Shown here one piece after another: positions 51,827 through 64,000 of a stretch of 64,000 nucleotides of DNA. Numbering within the stretch: the first letter of the stretch is position 1; every line of letters starts with the position of its first letter. Where the stretch lies: the NCBI GenBank assembly GCA_003344405.1, contig NOWV01000011.1, forward strand, positions 186,001-250,000, given 5' to 3'. The notes beneath the pieces were generated by a model. The model was given only the letters and a program-made list of their open reading frames with translations, was not told the DNA's origin and did not search any database. The DNA is from Trichoplax sp. H2. Taxonomy: Eukaryota. The translations under genes and the position numbers were made by a program.

Positions 51827-54800
51827 ATGGCCGCAGATGGCGATGATGCTAATGAATCGACCAAGCTAACGTAACAGAATTATTTGTATCATTCAGATGA
51901 TTAAATTTTTGTATTAAATGCTCAATAGATTGATATGATATTCTGCTTCTTTCCAGCCATAAACAACGCAGGCAATTATTGAAGAAGGAAAAACGTCGCC
52001 AAAAGAGAATCATATTAGCTAAGGAAAAGGAAGCTGAACAAACTAAAAGTACTCTATGCAATATATAAATTAACTATAAGAGACCTTAAAATTTATATAG
52101 CATATAGTAGATATTATGACCTTTGTCTGAAATTGTTCAAATTTTGATTCGATGTGTTATGCATGGCACCTCCAATAAGTGTAGTCGTAGCTGCTGCAGG
52201 TGATCGTGTTTACTGACAAAGAATACATGTATAAGTTTTACACAAACCCCAAAGGTGGATAGTGCACGAAATAATATTCAAGTTTTACGGAGTTATTGCC
52301 CTTGCTTATATCATCATAGGCAGTGGAGAATGTTGCATTGAATGATATGATTATCACTTTCAAGATTTGCATTAGTTATTAAAATCGAGATTTAGGGATT
52401 AATCATAGTATACTTATACCCATATAGTAGTAATGACCTGCAAAACAATATAGTGAATGTATGCATTCTCCATTCTATCTTACTCAACGTTACTTTTGTA
52501 ATTTAATTCTCTAGATCCTTCGTAACTATAATCACTATTAAAATTTATTACACTACTTCTACGTTTGTACTGACGAAAGCTCAATTGTTAGCTTATTTAT
52601 GAATATTTTTTACTACTGTTGCATATCTGGTTAGCCCTTGACGCCGTAATTGAGAAGCATGGTAGTATGTAAGTATCAAATTACGTACGCATATTTAAAT
52701 ATGGCATACGCATTGGAGTGAATTACTGACGAAATGGTAAAGACTGTTTATTGATTTCATCTTATGACTGTTTCAACAGTGAGGGATATGAGGAATTTCA
52801 AGTAGGTAAAGAAGAGGAGGAATTGAAGGAACGGTAATTTATTTTTACGACTTATATTCTATTTGAATTGACACTTTCTATAGGTGCATATGTCTAATGT
52901 TTATTCTTCATGTAATGGCTTGAATAGAGCTAGATTACATCAGGTATGGCTAAAAAAGGAGGAAAAATTTAGAAATGAATTCCAGTCTAGGCAGGAACTA
53001 ATCAAGAGAATACAAGAAGAGGAGAAGCAAAGGGTGAGTACAATTATTTGATTGTATACAGATCTTGATGATACTGTAATGACGGTATTTCGCTAAAAAT
53101 TTGTCTCTTCTGCAAATATCATAGGCTGCGGAAAATAATGTTAGTATGGAAACAGATTATCAGGAAATTGACTGGCTTTCATGTTATTTGTATCATGTTC
53201 TAGTAGACTATATTATGTTGTTAATTTTCTTATGGAGGCTATATACTGTAGATATTAAGTCTATGCAGCCATATACATTTTAAAAATACGACCTACAAAC
53301 TTGTTAATTGATATTCTTTGTAGCTTTGAGAATTATAAAATTTTGCGATACTTTCTGTGGCGACATAGCCTGGTTTAAAATGTTAATGACTTTACACAAA
53401 TTAAACGATTAAATAGAGCTACTGTAAAAACTAACTAGCCTATGACTATGTTACTTCGCTTAACTTAATAAACCTCAAATTAGGAAAGCAACACATCTGG
53501 CAGCGATGCGGATGAATCAAATCAGGTTATTGTTCTCAACTTTATTTTCAATATTCAGTAAATATAGCTAGGGATGCAACTTATTTACGTAATTAATTGA
53601 TCTTAAAGTTTCTGAGACTGTTTGATGTTTAATATGAATGTTATAAAATTCATTAGGATAAGACGCCATTCCATAATCCCTTTGCTGCGTCAACTAACAA
53701 TCAGTATGTTAAAGGCGAAGAGGTAAATATGGTTGCATCATCTCTAAGTAGAAATGTTCCTTCTTAAATGCAATGATAAGATTATGCAGCAATAGCTGTT
53801 GTGAATTGTTTAATGTTTTAGTGATCTGTTATGATTGTTGTACCACATATGCCTCACTTTTTACAGACTTTTGTTGAATCAAAACCATGCCCGTTCTTCA
53901 ATAAAACTGGAGTTTGCAGATTTGGAGATAGGTTATAATTGTTAATGCAACACAGATTATACGTGCAGATATCGGGCTACTTAGATTTGTCAAAACATTC
54001 TTTTCCGTAGGTGTTCTCGCTTACATGTACATCCTGAAAGTAGTCGTGTGCTCCTTATACCAAATATGTTTACGAGTATTGGTTTATCGGAAGGTTTACA
54101 GGATGAACAAGAATTTGATACTAACTTAGAAGTAATTAACAGAATCCATTATTTTTTAATAGTTTTGGAAAGATTTCATGGTACCTTTTGTTGTCGTTAT
54201 CTTAGTACTCCGAAAATGACTTAAGATCACAATTTATAGAATTTTATAACGATATTTATCCAGAATTTCAAGCTGCTGGCGAAATTAGAGAATTTAAAGT
54301 ATGAATAGTCATGAAGTTATTTACTAATGAATATGATTTATGATATCTATTTAACAAATGCTTTTCTTTCTATTAATTGTAATTGCTGTTTATCAATTAT
54401 CTTTTCAAGATTTGCTGTAATTATGAGCCTCATCTTCGCGGTAATGTGTATGTAGAGTATCAGAGGTAAGACCTACTTGAGAATAAGGAAAACTTAAATG
54501 ATAATTGTACTAAGGTTTATTGCTAAATCTGATATTATAGTGAAGAAGAATGCCATAAAGCTTTTCGGATGTTTCATGGTCGTTGGTACGCACAGCGGCA
54601 GCTATTTTGCCAATTTTCTCCGGTTAATAATTGGAAGTCAGCTATATGTGGTTCGTTGCTTCAATATTGCATTTACTTGTATACCTGTACCGATTGTTTG
54701 ATACATTTTCGTAACTATCATAAACCTATTTACTTTCCTTTAAGGTTTGTTTCGTCAAAAACGCTGTCCAAAAGGAAAGCATTGCAATTTTTTGCATGTT

Positions 54801-55326
54801 TTTGAAAACCCTGTAGCACAGTCTACAAGATCTGCCTTTAATGATAGACATAGAAGACATAGTTTTAATAATAATCGTTCCGTGAGAGACTATGGTAAAA
54901 TAGAGAATAGAAGTTCACGTTCCGATAGGCACCGCAATCATGATGATAGAGTGAGAAGGTCCGATTGGCACGATAGACATAATCGACGTGACAGAAGGTA
55001 TAGATATGTAGATGTAACTATTGCTGGTCGTATGCACTATTTTGTATTATTAACCTTACCTTAAATATCTTAATTTATGATGAAAACCGTTGGATTTTAG
55101 CCGAGACAATGATAATTATCGTCATGAAAAGCGATCGAAGCGGTCACGATCACCGACACATGATAGCGATAATCACGTAGATCGAAAACGTAGGAAAAAG
55201 CATAAACATAGATCCCGAGATTCTGCGGACAAGGAAGAAAGCCAGCGCGAGTCTATTCGATCAGAGAAACGGGACCGGAAATCTCATCACAAAAAGAAGA
55301 GATCTTCTAGTAAGCATAATGAATAG
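51827..55326 (+). CDS. ZRSR2: U2AF35-related splicing factor ZRSR2/URP (CCCH-UHM-CCCH plus RS-rich tail)
   Basis: N-terminal HKQRRQLLKKEKRRQKR. ZnF1 CPFFNKTGVCRFGDRCSRLH. UHM EFYNDIYPEFQAAGEIREFKICCNYEPHLRGNVYVEYQSEEEC...GRWYAQRQL. ZnF2 WKSAICGLFRQKRCPKGKHCNFLHVFENP. An R/S/H-rich C-terminus runs to stop 55326. The long charged N-terminus and GRWYA/CNFLHVF motifs favour ZRSR over U2AF1. Confidence 0.93.
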
Positions 55327-56309
55327 CACAGGAGGTAATTCATCGGCTTACTAATTAGGAAGAGTAAATCTATTACATGGGCAATTTGGTCAGACTGTCC
55401 TAGGAACCGTGTTTTATCATACGAAAGGAAGATTAACTTAATCTATGTTATATCACATTGTATATAATGCTAATGCTCCGAGGGAGAAGCAACCGTCACC
55501 ACGGTCCAAAAAACTAGACACTCTAAAATATACACTATTGCTTTCTTTGTGTTGGTAATTTCATGAAGATAAAATTTTAGGTATAGTTTATTCTTACCTT
55601 TAATAACGAAATTTACATGAATTTTATACAGACGCTGTATGCACACAAAGTGCGTTAGTAATATTTTTCACAAAGCTATTAACATATGATACATAAAATA
55701 GCTCAAAAAAGGAACTCATTGTATTGTATTTATCAACAATTCGACAGAACATACTGAAATAAAAAAATTGATCGTAATTATATATCTGAAATTGCTCCTA
55801 TATGAATTAGTATGAAGCATGCGCCAAAATGTTAACGTGTAATCACGCCGGCTGAGTAAGCGCAAGTTTGTTGACATTGAAATCAGCTATAGCTCAAAGT
55901 GTTATAGTCAGATAAGTACTGCAAGGACATTATTTTACATGAATGGTATACTCCAACACAGACAATCTTGGAAACGTTACAATGTTATTTCGCAAATTAG
56001 AAAAATTGCTACAATAAAAGAAGGTAAATTCCCTTTAAATTTTTTAGAAAAGAATATCGGTACCATACCTCTAGAGCGGGTAAGTATCTTACATAATTCA
56101 AAGACTTAGATCTTAAAATAGAACAGCGTAAAAATTTAGTTTATTACCATACATCATCATTTTTTTCCATTTTTAGTAACATCCTGCTAAGCTCTTGTAA
56201 GAGGATTGTAGCTATGACAGTACAGCTACTAAATATAAAGATTATTAAACATTTTTGAGCCGTTACAACGCCATCCTGTACATTTACTGTTGATAACTGA
56301 CGCTATCTT

Positions 56310-59300
56310 CTAGTTCCTTAATACTGCCAAGGTGACCATTCCGAGTAAAAACGATGCAATAAGCTTGTAAGTCACAGGAACATGAAGAAAAGTTGGTACA
56401 TTGCCCGCTTTTTCTTCTGGCAATGGTAACAGCAAAATGGCAATACAAATAATGGCCAATAGGACAACGATTACATTAATGCCACTATCTAGTAAAGTGA
56501 GAAAAATATTTGGAGCTAGTGTTAGCAAGAAGCAATGTACTGCTACTAAAATGTCATATTGAGGTACATCTATATTTCTCGAATACATAGTATTATGCAA
56601 TCGCAATTGTGAGTGCAGAATGGTAGATGGTAATGTACCGGATACGTGTTAAACGATTATTACATGGACAAGTACTTGCTAGCTAACTCGAACTTGGGAA
56701 CAACTATCCGGACCATAAATTAGCTATAAATGTTATACTTTAGCCACAGAATAAATAAATGGTAAATGACAATCAAGGTTATAACACCGTCAAACCTTGT
56801 GAACCGTTGATATTGTTGCTGCCATGGCGTTGCATGAAACTTTGACTATTATCATTAATCTGCAAAGGTTATGATAAATTTATTAAAAGACATCCTGTGT
56901 CCTATTTCGAGAAGTATAAATTGAATTACAACATGATCACTTGTGATATTAATGTCAATTACTTACTGAATTTCGGTTATCGGAATTATCAGCTGTAGAT
57001 CCGCTTTCGACGGCAACTTTGATATCTCTCTTTCCAATGATTTTGTCTACACCATGTTCGTATAACTGAATACGAAACTTGTTGTTATGCAAATCTTGCA
57101 GCGGGTTTTCGTCATTAAAACGTATTAATCTAGATGAGACAAAACATTCATAGCTGAGCTACAGCTAATCTTAAATGTGATCTATGTAAGTGATATCCGA
57201 TACTTGACCAAATGAAACTAAATTACAGTTTCTTGTCTGCTCAAGATGTGGTTATCAACTAGCCATTTATTGATGTTAAGTTGTCGAGAGTGATTTATTA
57301 AAGCGCTCGGAAAAGGAAAACTAAGCTAGAGTTCCAGCTTGAGCTATTATTATTAGTGTAATTTTGTAGGTTCCTGTATTGGGTTTAGTAATTTAATTTT
57401 TACCAGGAAATAGCACAAACTTAACAAATTGTACCGATATAACTACGAGCTTTTCAAGTTTACGAAGTGATGATTTCTCTTTAAACCCTTGGTTCGATAT
57501 AACTTATAGCATGTTTTGTGTCATTTAGGCAAATCAAATTCATATTGTGGTTACATTTAACACTCATTTTGTGTCAATTGACAGTAGTGTAGCCAATGCT
57601 ATTGAATATTGAACATTGTAATACAGGTCTATAGAGTTGATGTGTTTCTGTGAAAGAATGTAATTTGATACAGAATCATCAACCTAGAGAGTAAGATGAG
57701 ATCTCTGCTTACTAACATATCGACACGGCATTTAGTCTTGATTAAACCTTCACTATCGGATAGGACATAATTCGACGGACAATTGGATAGCACTATGTAG
57801 AAAAGAAGAAAGAAATAATATTTCATTGATTGATTTTAAGGTATACACGTAAAGTATAATCTATTAACGTAATATAAAGTGTAATTATAATTATTACAGC
57901 TTTAGATTGTGGCATAAGACTAGGGTATAGTAAAATATGCTGATAGTCCTAAAAATAGCAATACTATATACAGTACAGTATAATCATTAGTCAAGTAAAG
58001 GTGTGATCAGATATACAGTAGTTATAGTACAGCATAGTGTAATAAGTTCTGCAATAGCTTGACACAGTATAGCGATGAGACAAACAAGTCATCATCAAAG
58101 CTCATCGCTATCTACGTAATACATTATATATTACACAGTATGTACTAATTTTGACATGCTAGTTGTTAATTCTTGTTGGCCGATTAAAGTATATCTCATT
58201 ATCTACAAGGAAATTGTTATTCTATGGTATAGAAACAATATTCCTTGTTATGATCATTCTATATTGAAAGTCGCTTTTCTTAAATATATACTTTTTAGTT
58301 CTTGTAGGTCAAGCGAAATGACTAGAGTACTTACTATCTTATACTAAAATAGCTATCAATTCATGTTCTAGTACAGATGTAAACAACGTTTATTATTATC
58401 ATGTTTATGCGTATGTTGCCTGGGTCGCTTTCTTGTCCGTATAATTTATCGTACTGGGTATGCATGATGCACTAAGTTTGACAGATTTTTAAATCCTGTA
58501 GGGTTATAGCAAAAGTACATTAAAGTTAACTAGAGTGTATGGTGTCATGTATTAAGATAAATGTCATTCCATGTTCTAGTCTATAGGTGAAAACAATGTT
58601 TACTATCATGATCATTCTACAGTATGTTGTCAAAGTCGCATTTTGTATACCGTACTATATGAATAAATGTACAACGGAGGTATTTCTCCTGTATCTCTCT
58701 GACATATCCTAATTTTGACCTCCTTTTTCTTGTAGTAGAGTTATAGGTAAAGTACTGTTAACTAGAGTACAGCTTGTCCTTTACAAAAGTATTGATCATT
58801 TCATGTCCTAGTAGAGGCGTAAATCCTGTTTACGATAATGATTATTATTCAATGCTACCTAATTCACTTTCTTGTATTTATGGTATGTAGTAGGTATGTA
58901 CTAATTTTGAAGTCTTGTAGCATTGTAGGTAAAGTAAGATAGACCAGAAAAAGTCTTATCCTCTACCAAGGCGACAGTCATTCTGTGATGTAAACATTAT
59001 TTACTTATTTTTTGATGATGCTAATGCTATCAGAGTTGCTTTGTTGTATACAGTACTATACATTATACAGTCGATCGTATTGTACCTTAAGTAAAATATC
59101 AACGACAAATGCTGTACTCAATCCTTCAACAAGAGTCCTACTTCCAATAGGTAGGATACTAAAATTTTTCTGTTAGGAATTGCCACCGTACTTAGATTAG
59201 TATTTAGATATTATAATCATCAGCTGCAGTAAGTTTCAATACCCTATACTGTACCTTTCAAAAGTAAATCATGCAGTGAGAGTATAGTACTATCTATTCT

Positions 59301-59595
59301 ATACTTGCGCTGTCAACTTGAATAAAAATACTTTTCTCCGATTAATGATAATAACATTCTACAGAGTCAAACATGAAAGTAAGTCTGTCGATTTACCTTT
59401 AAACCGTACGGTAAAATCGTAAGTGTTATAAATAGTAAGTATTTGCTTGTAACTCGATTTATCATTCTCGATGAAGGATAACGTAGTCGGGAAAGCGAAG
59501 ACCGGTACATTTTCAACGGTAATATTGTTGTTGTTGTTATTACTTTGTGAAGTTATCATGGATAATTTCTTGGACGATTTCATAGAAGATTGCAT
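56310..59595 (-). CDS. MOSPD1: Motile sperm domain-containing protein 1/3-like (MSP domain plus two C-terminal TM helices)
   Basis: VPVFAFPTTLSFIENDKSSYKQILTIYNTYDFTVRFK|VLSNCPSNYVLSDSEGLIKTKCRVDI|LIRF...KFRIQLYEHG...IGKRDI. The C-terminus VIVVLLAIICIAILLLP...VPTFLHVPVTYKLIASFLLGMVTLAVLRN* matches the MOSPD1 pattern. Confidence 0.9.
58135..59050. repeat. Degenerate tandem array of about 4 units (~210-235 bp) in MOSPD1 intron 1
   Basis: ACTAGAGT recurs at 58321/58529/58761 and CATGT(T/C)CTAGT at 58362/58570/58802. TATGTACTAATTTTGA recurs at ~58139 and ~58895, and ATGATCATTCTA occurs twice. Confidence 0.7.
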
Positions 59596-62023
59596 CAAGG
59601 AATGAAAAATAGATCGTATGAATTAATCCAATTAATAGGCTATAAGCTTGAATTTCTATCCTGGTTGAATTAATTGGCCATCATGAAGGACATGATCGAA
59701 TGTTTCTGCTCATCTCGTCATAGCCAAGAAGTGATTGAAGATGAAATCTCAAAGAGGATCGCTGAATGATGATTTCTTTCTAGTGTTTTACTACTTCTAC
59801 TGTCATAGTGTATCGCACCCTCTATAATACCATGGTCAAGACTAAGGACATGGTACTGTACCGTATTAGTGTACGTTGCCAGATCTGAGCCAGATGATAT
59901 ATTACACTAACTCAGCAAGATTGGCATTATGTCATGTTCTGACTAGGCTGTGAACTGTATATAATTATTCTTTTTCGATATGAAATAGTACCGGCATAAT
60001 TATTATTATTCATTACCAAATGAACTATTATAGCTTGATGATGCCGACTACACCATCAATTTTTTCTTTTACCTGTATAGTCTATCTATATACAAGTCGT
60101 GTGCCAGCAATGTCTAATGCCAGTCTACTAAAGCTATCAATCTGCATAAAAAGCGCACAGCTGTTGCAACTATATACGCGTAAATCTCCAAGAGTTACGA
60201 GTATTTTAGGAGTATACGACTCAAAAAATGATTAATGATACTGTAATTACTAATAGATTAAATTAATTTCGTGATGCCTCTTATGTAGCAGATAAACATA
60301 TTCTTAGTTAATTGCACCTTGCACGGGTATCAGCTGCACGATCTCCATTAATAGGGTTCCCCCTACTTGCGCTAGCATTTCATGCGTGCCGTACCGTGGC
60401 AATAACTTGATGTAAAAGATCTCTGCAAGCATCGGCTTTCACCAGTACTATATGCAACGCAACAGATGTTGAATTAAAATTAGTTTTTGATGAATTAAGT
60501 AACCACGGGATACACCTTGAGTAAGGGAGATAGAAATTGCATACGCTATAGAATCCCTGTTATATAGCTTATTCTAATAGCGTACTACATTTACATACGC
60601 AGTGAGCCAGGTAATTCAGGAGCATGCAACCGAAAGAAAAATCAATTAGAATTATTGATATATATTAACCAGCCTTGTTATGCCCCTTCTAAAGAAAAAG
60701 TCGACATGCTTGGGCATGAATGAATCACATTACTACTTGTACTACTTGCTCCAACTCACACAAAGAATGTGGCATCTTGTTACATCAACTCCGAAGACTA
60801 TCACTGAATAAAATAAAATGGGTAAAAATTTTACAATATTTCACATACAATCCTCTTGTTATACCATGTGCTGTGTTACGATCGATTTGATAAAGGAATA
60901 AATCGAGAGGGGGTGATTATACGACAATCACTTACTGCACAACAACGACAATAGTCACAATTTATGCGCAGGTTATACAGTAGTAGATGACTAAAGAACG
61001 AGAATCGCCTGCAATATATTAGACGCTCTCTTAGTTTTATCTGTCACCTTCAATCAATTAATATTGTTACTGTGCGTAATAACTCATACGTTGCATACAG
61101 TAATATAAAATGATAACCATTTACTCTGATACAACAAAATGCCGCTGTACTTAGGTAGACAACTGCACATAGGCGTATCAAAATACCATGTCACAATATC
61201 AACCAGCTGGCCTTCCAAAGTAAAAAATTTCAACCGATACATCTTTTTCAAAGTTGTTATTGTACTTTTTAATTGCATAATCAAGAAGCCTATGATTCAG
61301 TGATGCAAAGCAAATGTTGCACTAATTACACAATTTTAGTATTATACTTGTATACTATTCATGTTAGTTATACAATTGTCGGTGAATGCTTAGTTGCATA
61401 GAGGTTGATTGATTACAAACTTGCATTTGCTATATATTCGAAGTGAACCTTTACATAAGCAAACAAAAACAACAAAGCTCTACCGCAATTCAAGTTAAAA
61501 TAATATTATTTCCAAATAGAGGCATCAATAGGTACTCATCCTACGGTACAGTAGTACCCCCCTTTGAATCACATATACCAGAAAGATATATTCTGCACTG
61601 CTAAGTGAAACCATTTTCTAAACAAAATATAACCATTTATAACCTTAGCCTATCGTAATTCTATACTATCAGTACAAGCAACATTGAACTTTTATATTTC
61701 AGAACCATATAATCAATATGCTGTACTGTAGCTATATATTTTTCCAGGTATACCGTTCTTCAATCAAGTGGTAGTTTATCAGATGCCATATATTAAATGC
61801 CAAATAAAATAATACATCATACGTATATTACGAAGGTATTGTATTATGGGATAAATTACATGCGCCTCCAGTCTTTATGAAATTCATTACTCTAGTTATT
61901 TAAAGCACTAAATTGACATGCTATCGTAGATGTTATTATTGTGATACTAAATTAAATTTTTATAATTCAGTAAGATGATTACATTCTTTCTCTAAATTTA
62001 TACCTAGACGATCTAGGTACAGA

Positions 62024-64000
62024 TTAATCTACTTTCACTACGGAGTAGATCTTTCTAACAAATGTGTAACACGATAAGAAGCCAACGGTACCTAAAATTG
62101 TTTTAAAAATATAAAATGAAAGGTATCAAGATGATTTGCAAGAACCAAGAATGATTACGTTTCCTTACCAGTTAAGAGGAAGAACAGCAGCGTCATGAGT
62201 ATGGTATAACCAAAAAAGAGGAAAGTACTTGCACCACCAGTAATAGATAAATTTGAAATAAAGAAGTGTATTGAATAAATGAATAGATAGATAGCTGTAC
62301 TACCACTTGTTAGAAATGATCGCCACCACCAATGATAGTCCTATTGCAAAGTAGAAACGTCAATGTATAAGAGTCACACTCTTGCTAATTCGTGTACGAC
62401 TGTCGTCAATTTATTAACTTATTTATCATGATACCACATGAATCAAATATATTGCAAATATTTTCCGTAATCATAGATTTTGTTAACCTCTGAACAAAGA
62501 TGGAAGTAGCACAATAGAATTGTTGTCTCGGCGCATGTTACAATCAAAATAGAAAATACCAAGAAGAGAAAACCAAACATGTAATATATTTGATGTGACC
62601 TATAATTAATGGTAGCAATATTATCATTCAGTAACCATGCTATACTGTTTATTGAAGCTACATATCAATAATTTCAACGTACTGCTTACCATAAGCTATT
62701 CATAATGAAAAACATTTGAATAAAGATACATCCAAATGGTAAGATTCCTCCCATGAGAATGCACGGTAATGGTCTAGTGAAAAATGGCTATATACGCGTA
62801 ACAAAAGCATCAATATAGTCAATCGCTTATGCTATTTGATAGGAACTACCATAGAGTAATAACTGAATAGCTTACTTGCTCAGGTATTTGTCTAGGTATT
62901 TGATTTGTTCTGACAGGATTTTCGATAGTCTATAAAGTAAAAATGGATTTATTGATGTTACTCCCATAAAACCTTACTATAATCTATTTTTCTTAAAAGA
63001 AGATAAAATAGCAACACTGGCATATTACCTTTTTCCTAAAACCAAAGAATGCTCCTACAAAAGTCAGCGGTGTTGAAACACCAAACCTACGTCGGACAAA
63101 TACCAACACGATGAAATATTCCAATATTACATCAGATTAGAAATCCAGTAAGCAAGACTAGGGGTGAAAGTTTACTAACGAGTAACTATTGTAATGTGTC
63201 ACACTGACCATAAAGCAATTAAGGCTATTAAAGTGCCAAAGGGAACAGCTGCAGATGATCGCCTTGCCCACATCACTAGGTTCAATAGGAAGAAGATTGC
63301 AAAGCAAACACTAATGAAAAATTAAAAGCAAGTATTTAGTGTTAAATTGGAACAGGGTGAGTTCATATTTATTAACCAAATAAAAAAGTATTTCTTGGTA
63401 ATCTTAATTTCTGTTAAATACAGTTATGTAGAATATGCATACCCAGGTATGAAAAAGGCAGTCATGATTACGTTAGTTTTCCATTTTTCTCCACCAATTG
63501 CTGCAAATCATAATTATCAACGGTTTAATTAATATGGCTACTTTTACGCCAACTGTTTTAGCTTTGCCTAGGATAGATATTAAATTTACCTTTGTAGATC
63601 CTAGCTGAAATATATCCTGCACAACATCCCAAACAGACGTACAAAACCTACAATAACGAATAGTGTCATCAAAAAAATTACAAAAGCAGGCATAAATCTA
63701 TAAATAAATACCGTAGCGCAAGTCATGAGTCCACCACGGTTAGCAGGAGATAAAAATCCCAAGCATGCAAAAACTGTAAAGGAAAGAAAGTGCAATATTA
63801 TTGCAATGACAAGAACAAGTGAAGTCATATGATTGTCTTGGACTTACACAATGTTACCACGGTCATTATAAAAGTTTGTGATCCAGTGCCAACTAAAACC
63901 GACAGCAACATTCCTCTTTTAGGAGGTCTAAAGACATCGCCGTGAACTAATTTCCAACCAAATTCTTCTTGTGCATCTTCCTAAAATTTTTAAAAAATCA
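62024..64000 (-). CDS. TM9SF2: Transmembrane 9 superfamily member 2 (nonaspanin), 3' part; the gene continues beyond the window
   Basis: [28 protein letters not shown]..., [83 protein letters not shown] and the C-terminus KIYSVVKVD* (stop at 62024). Confidence 0.95.

Noticed and set aside
60300-60470. GC-richer intergenic patch between MOSPD1 and TM9SF2 as a possible structured RNA
   Set aside because: No recognisable tRNA, snRNA or snoRNA features by eye; more likely promoter or UTR sequence. An Rfam scan would settle it.

Overview
This is AT-rich, intron-dense eukaryotic DNA with short GT-AG introns and compact intergenic spacers. Gene content and style suggest an early-branching animal, most likely a placozoan such as Trichoplax; that is an inference, not a database result. 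Splicing exons by eye gives ten protein-coding genes. In order: CEP164 (+); an unusual gene joining a partial PHD/RING-CH-like zinc finger to a FEZ/UNC-76/SCHIP1-like coiled coil (-); three tandem BACE (beta-secretase-like) aspartic proteases (-); IFT46 (-); SDHD (-); ZRSR2 (+); MOSPD1 (-); and the 3' part of TM9SF2 (-). Most entries in the supplied ORF track are exon fragments or spurious. Four observations stand out. (1) The three BACE paralogs keep both catalytic Asp motifs but differ at the C-terminus: two have a TM helix plus a PPxY-containing tail and one appears anchorless, with matching losses of disulfide cysteines. (2) The zinc finger-FEZ-like fusion protein. (3) CEP164, BACE, IFT46, SDHD and a FEZ-like gene are linked here, and their human counterparts map to 11q23-24. 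(4) Palindromic TACAGT/ACTGTA arrays occur at predicted promoters, and X-box-like sites lie upstream of IFT46. No rRNA, tRNA, CRISPR array or recognisable transposase was seen. Exon boundaries were read manually and some internal exons are approximate.
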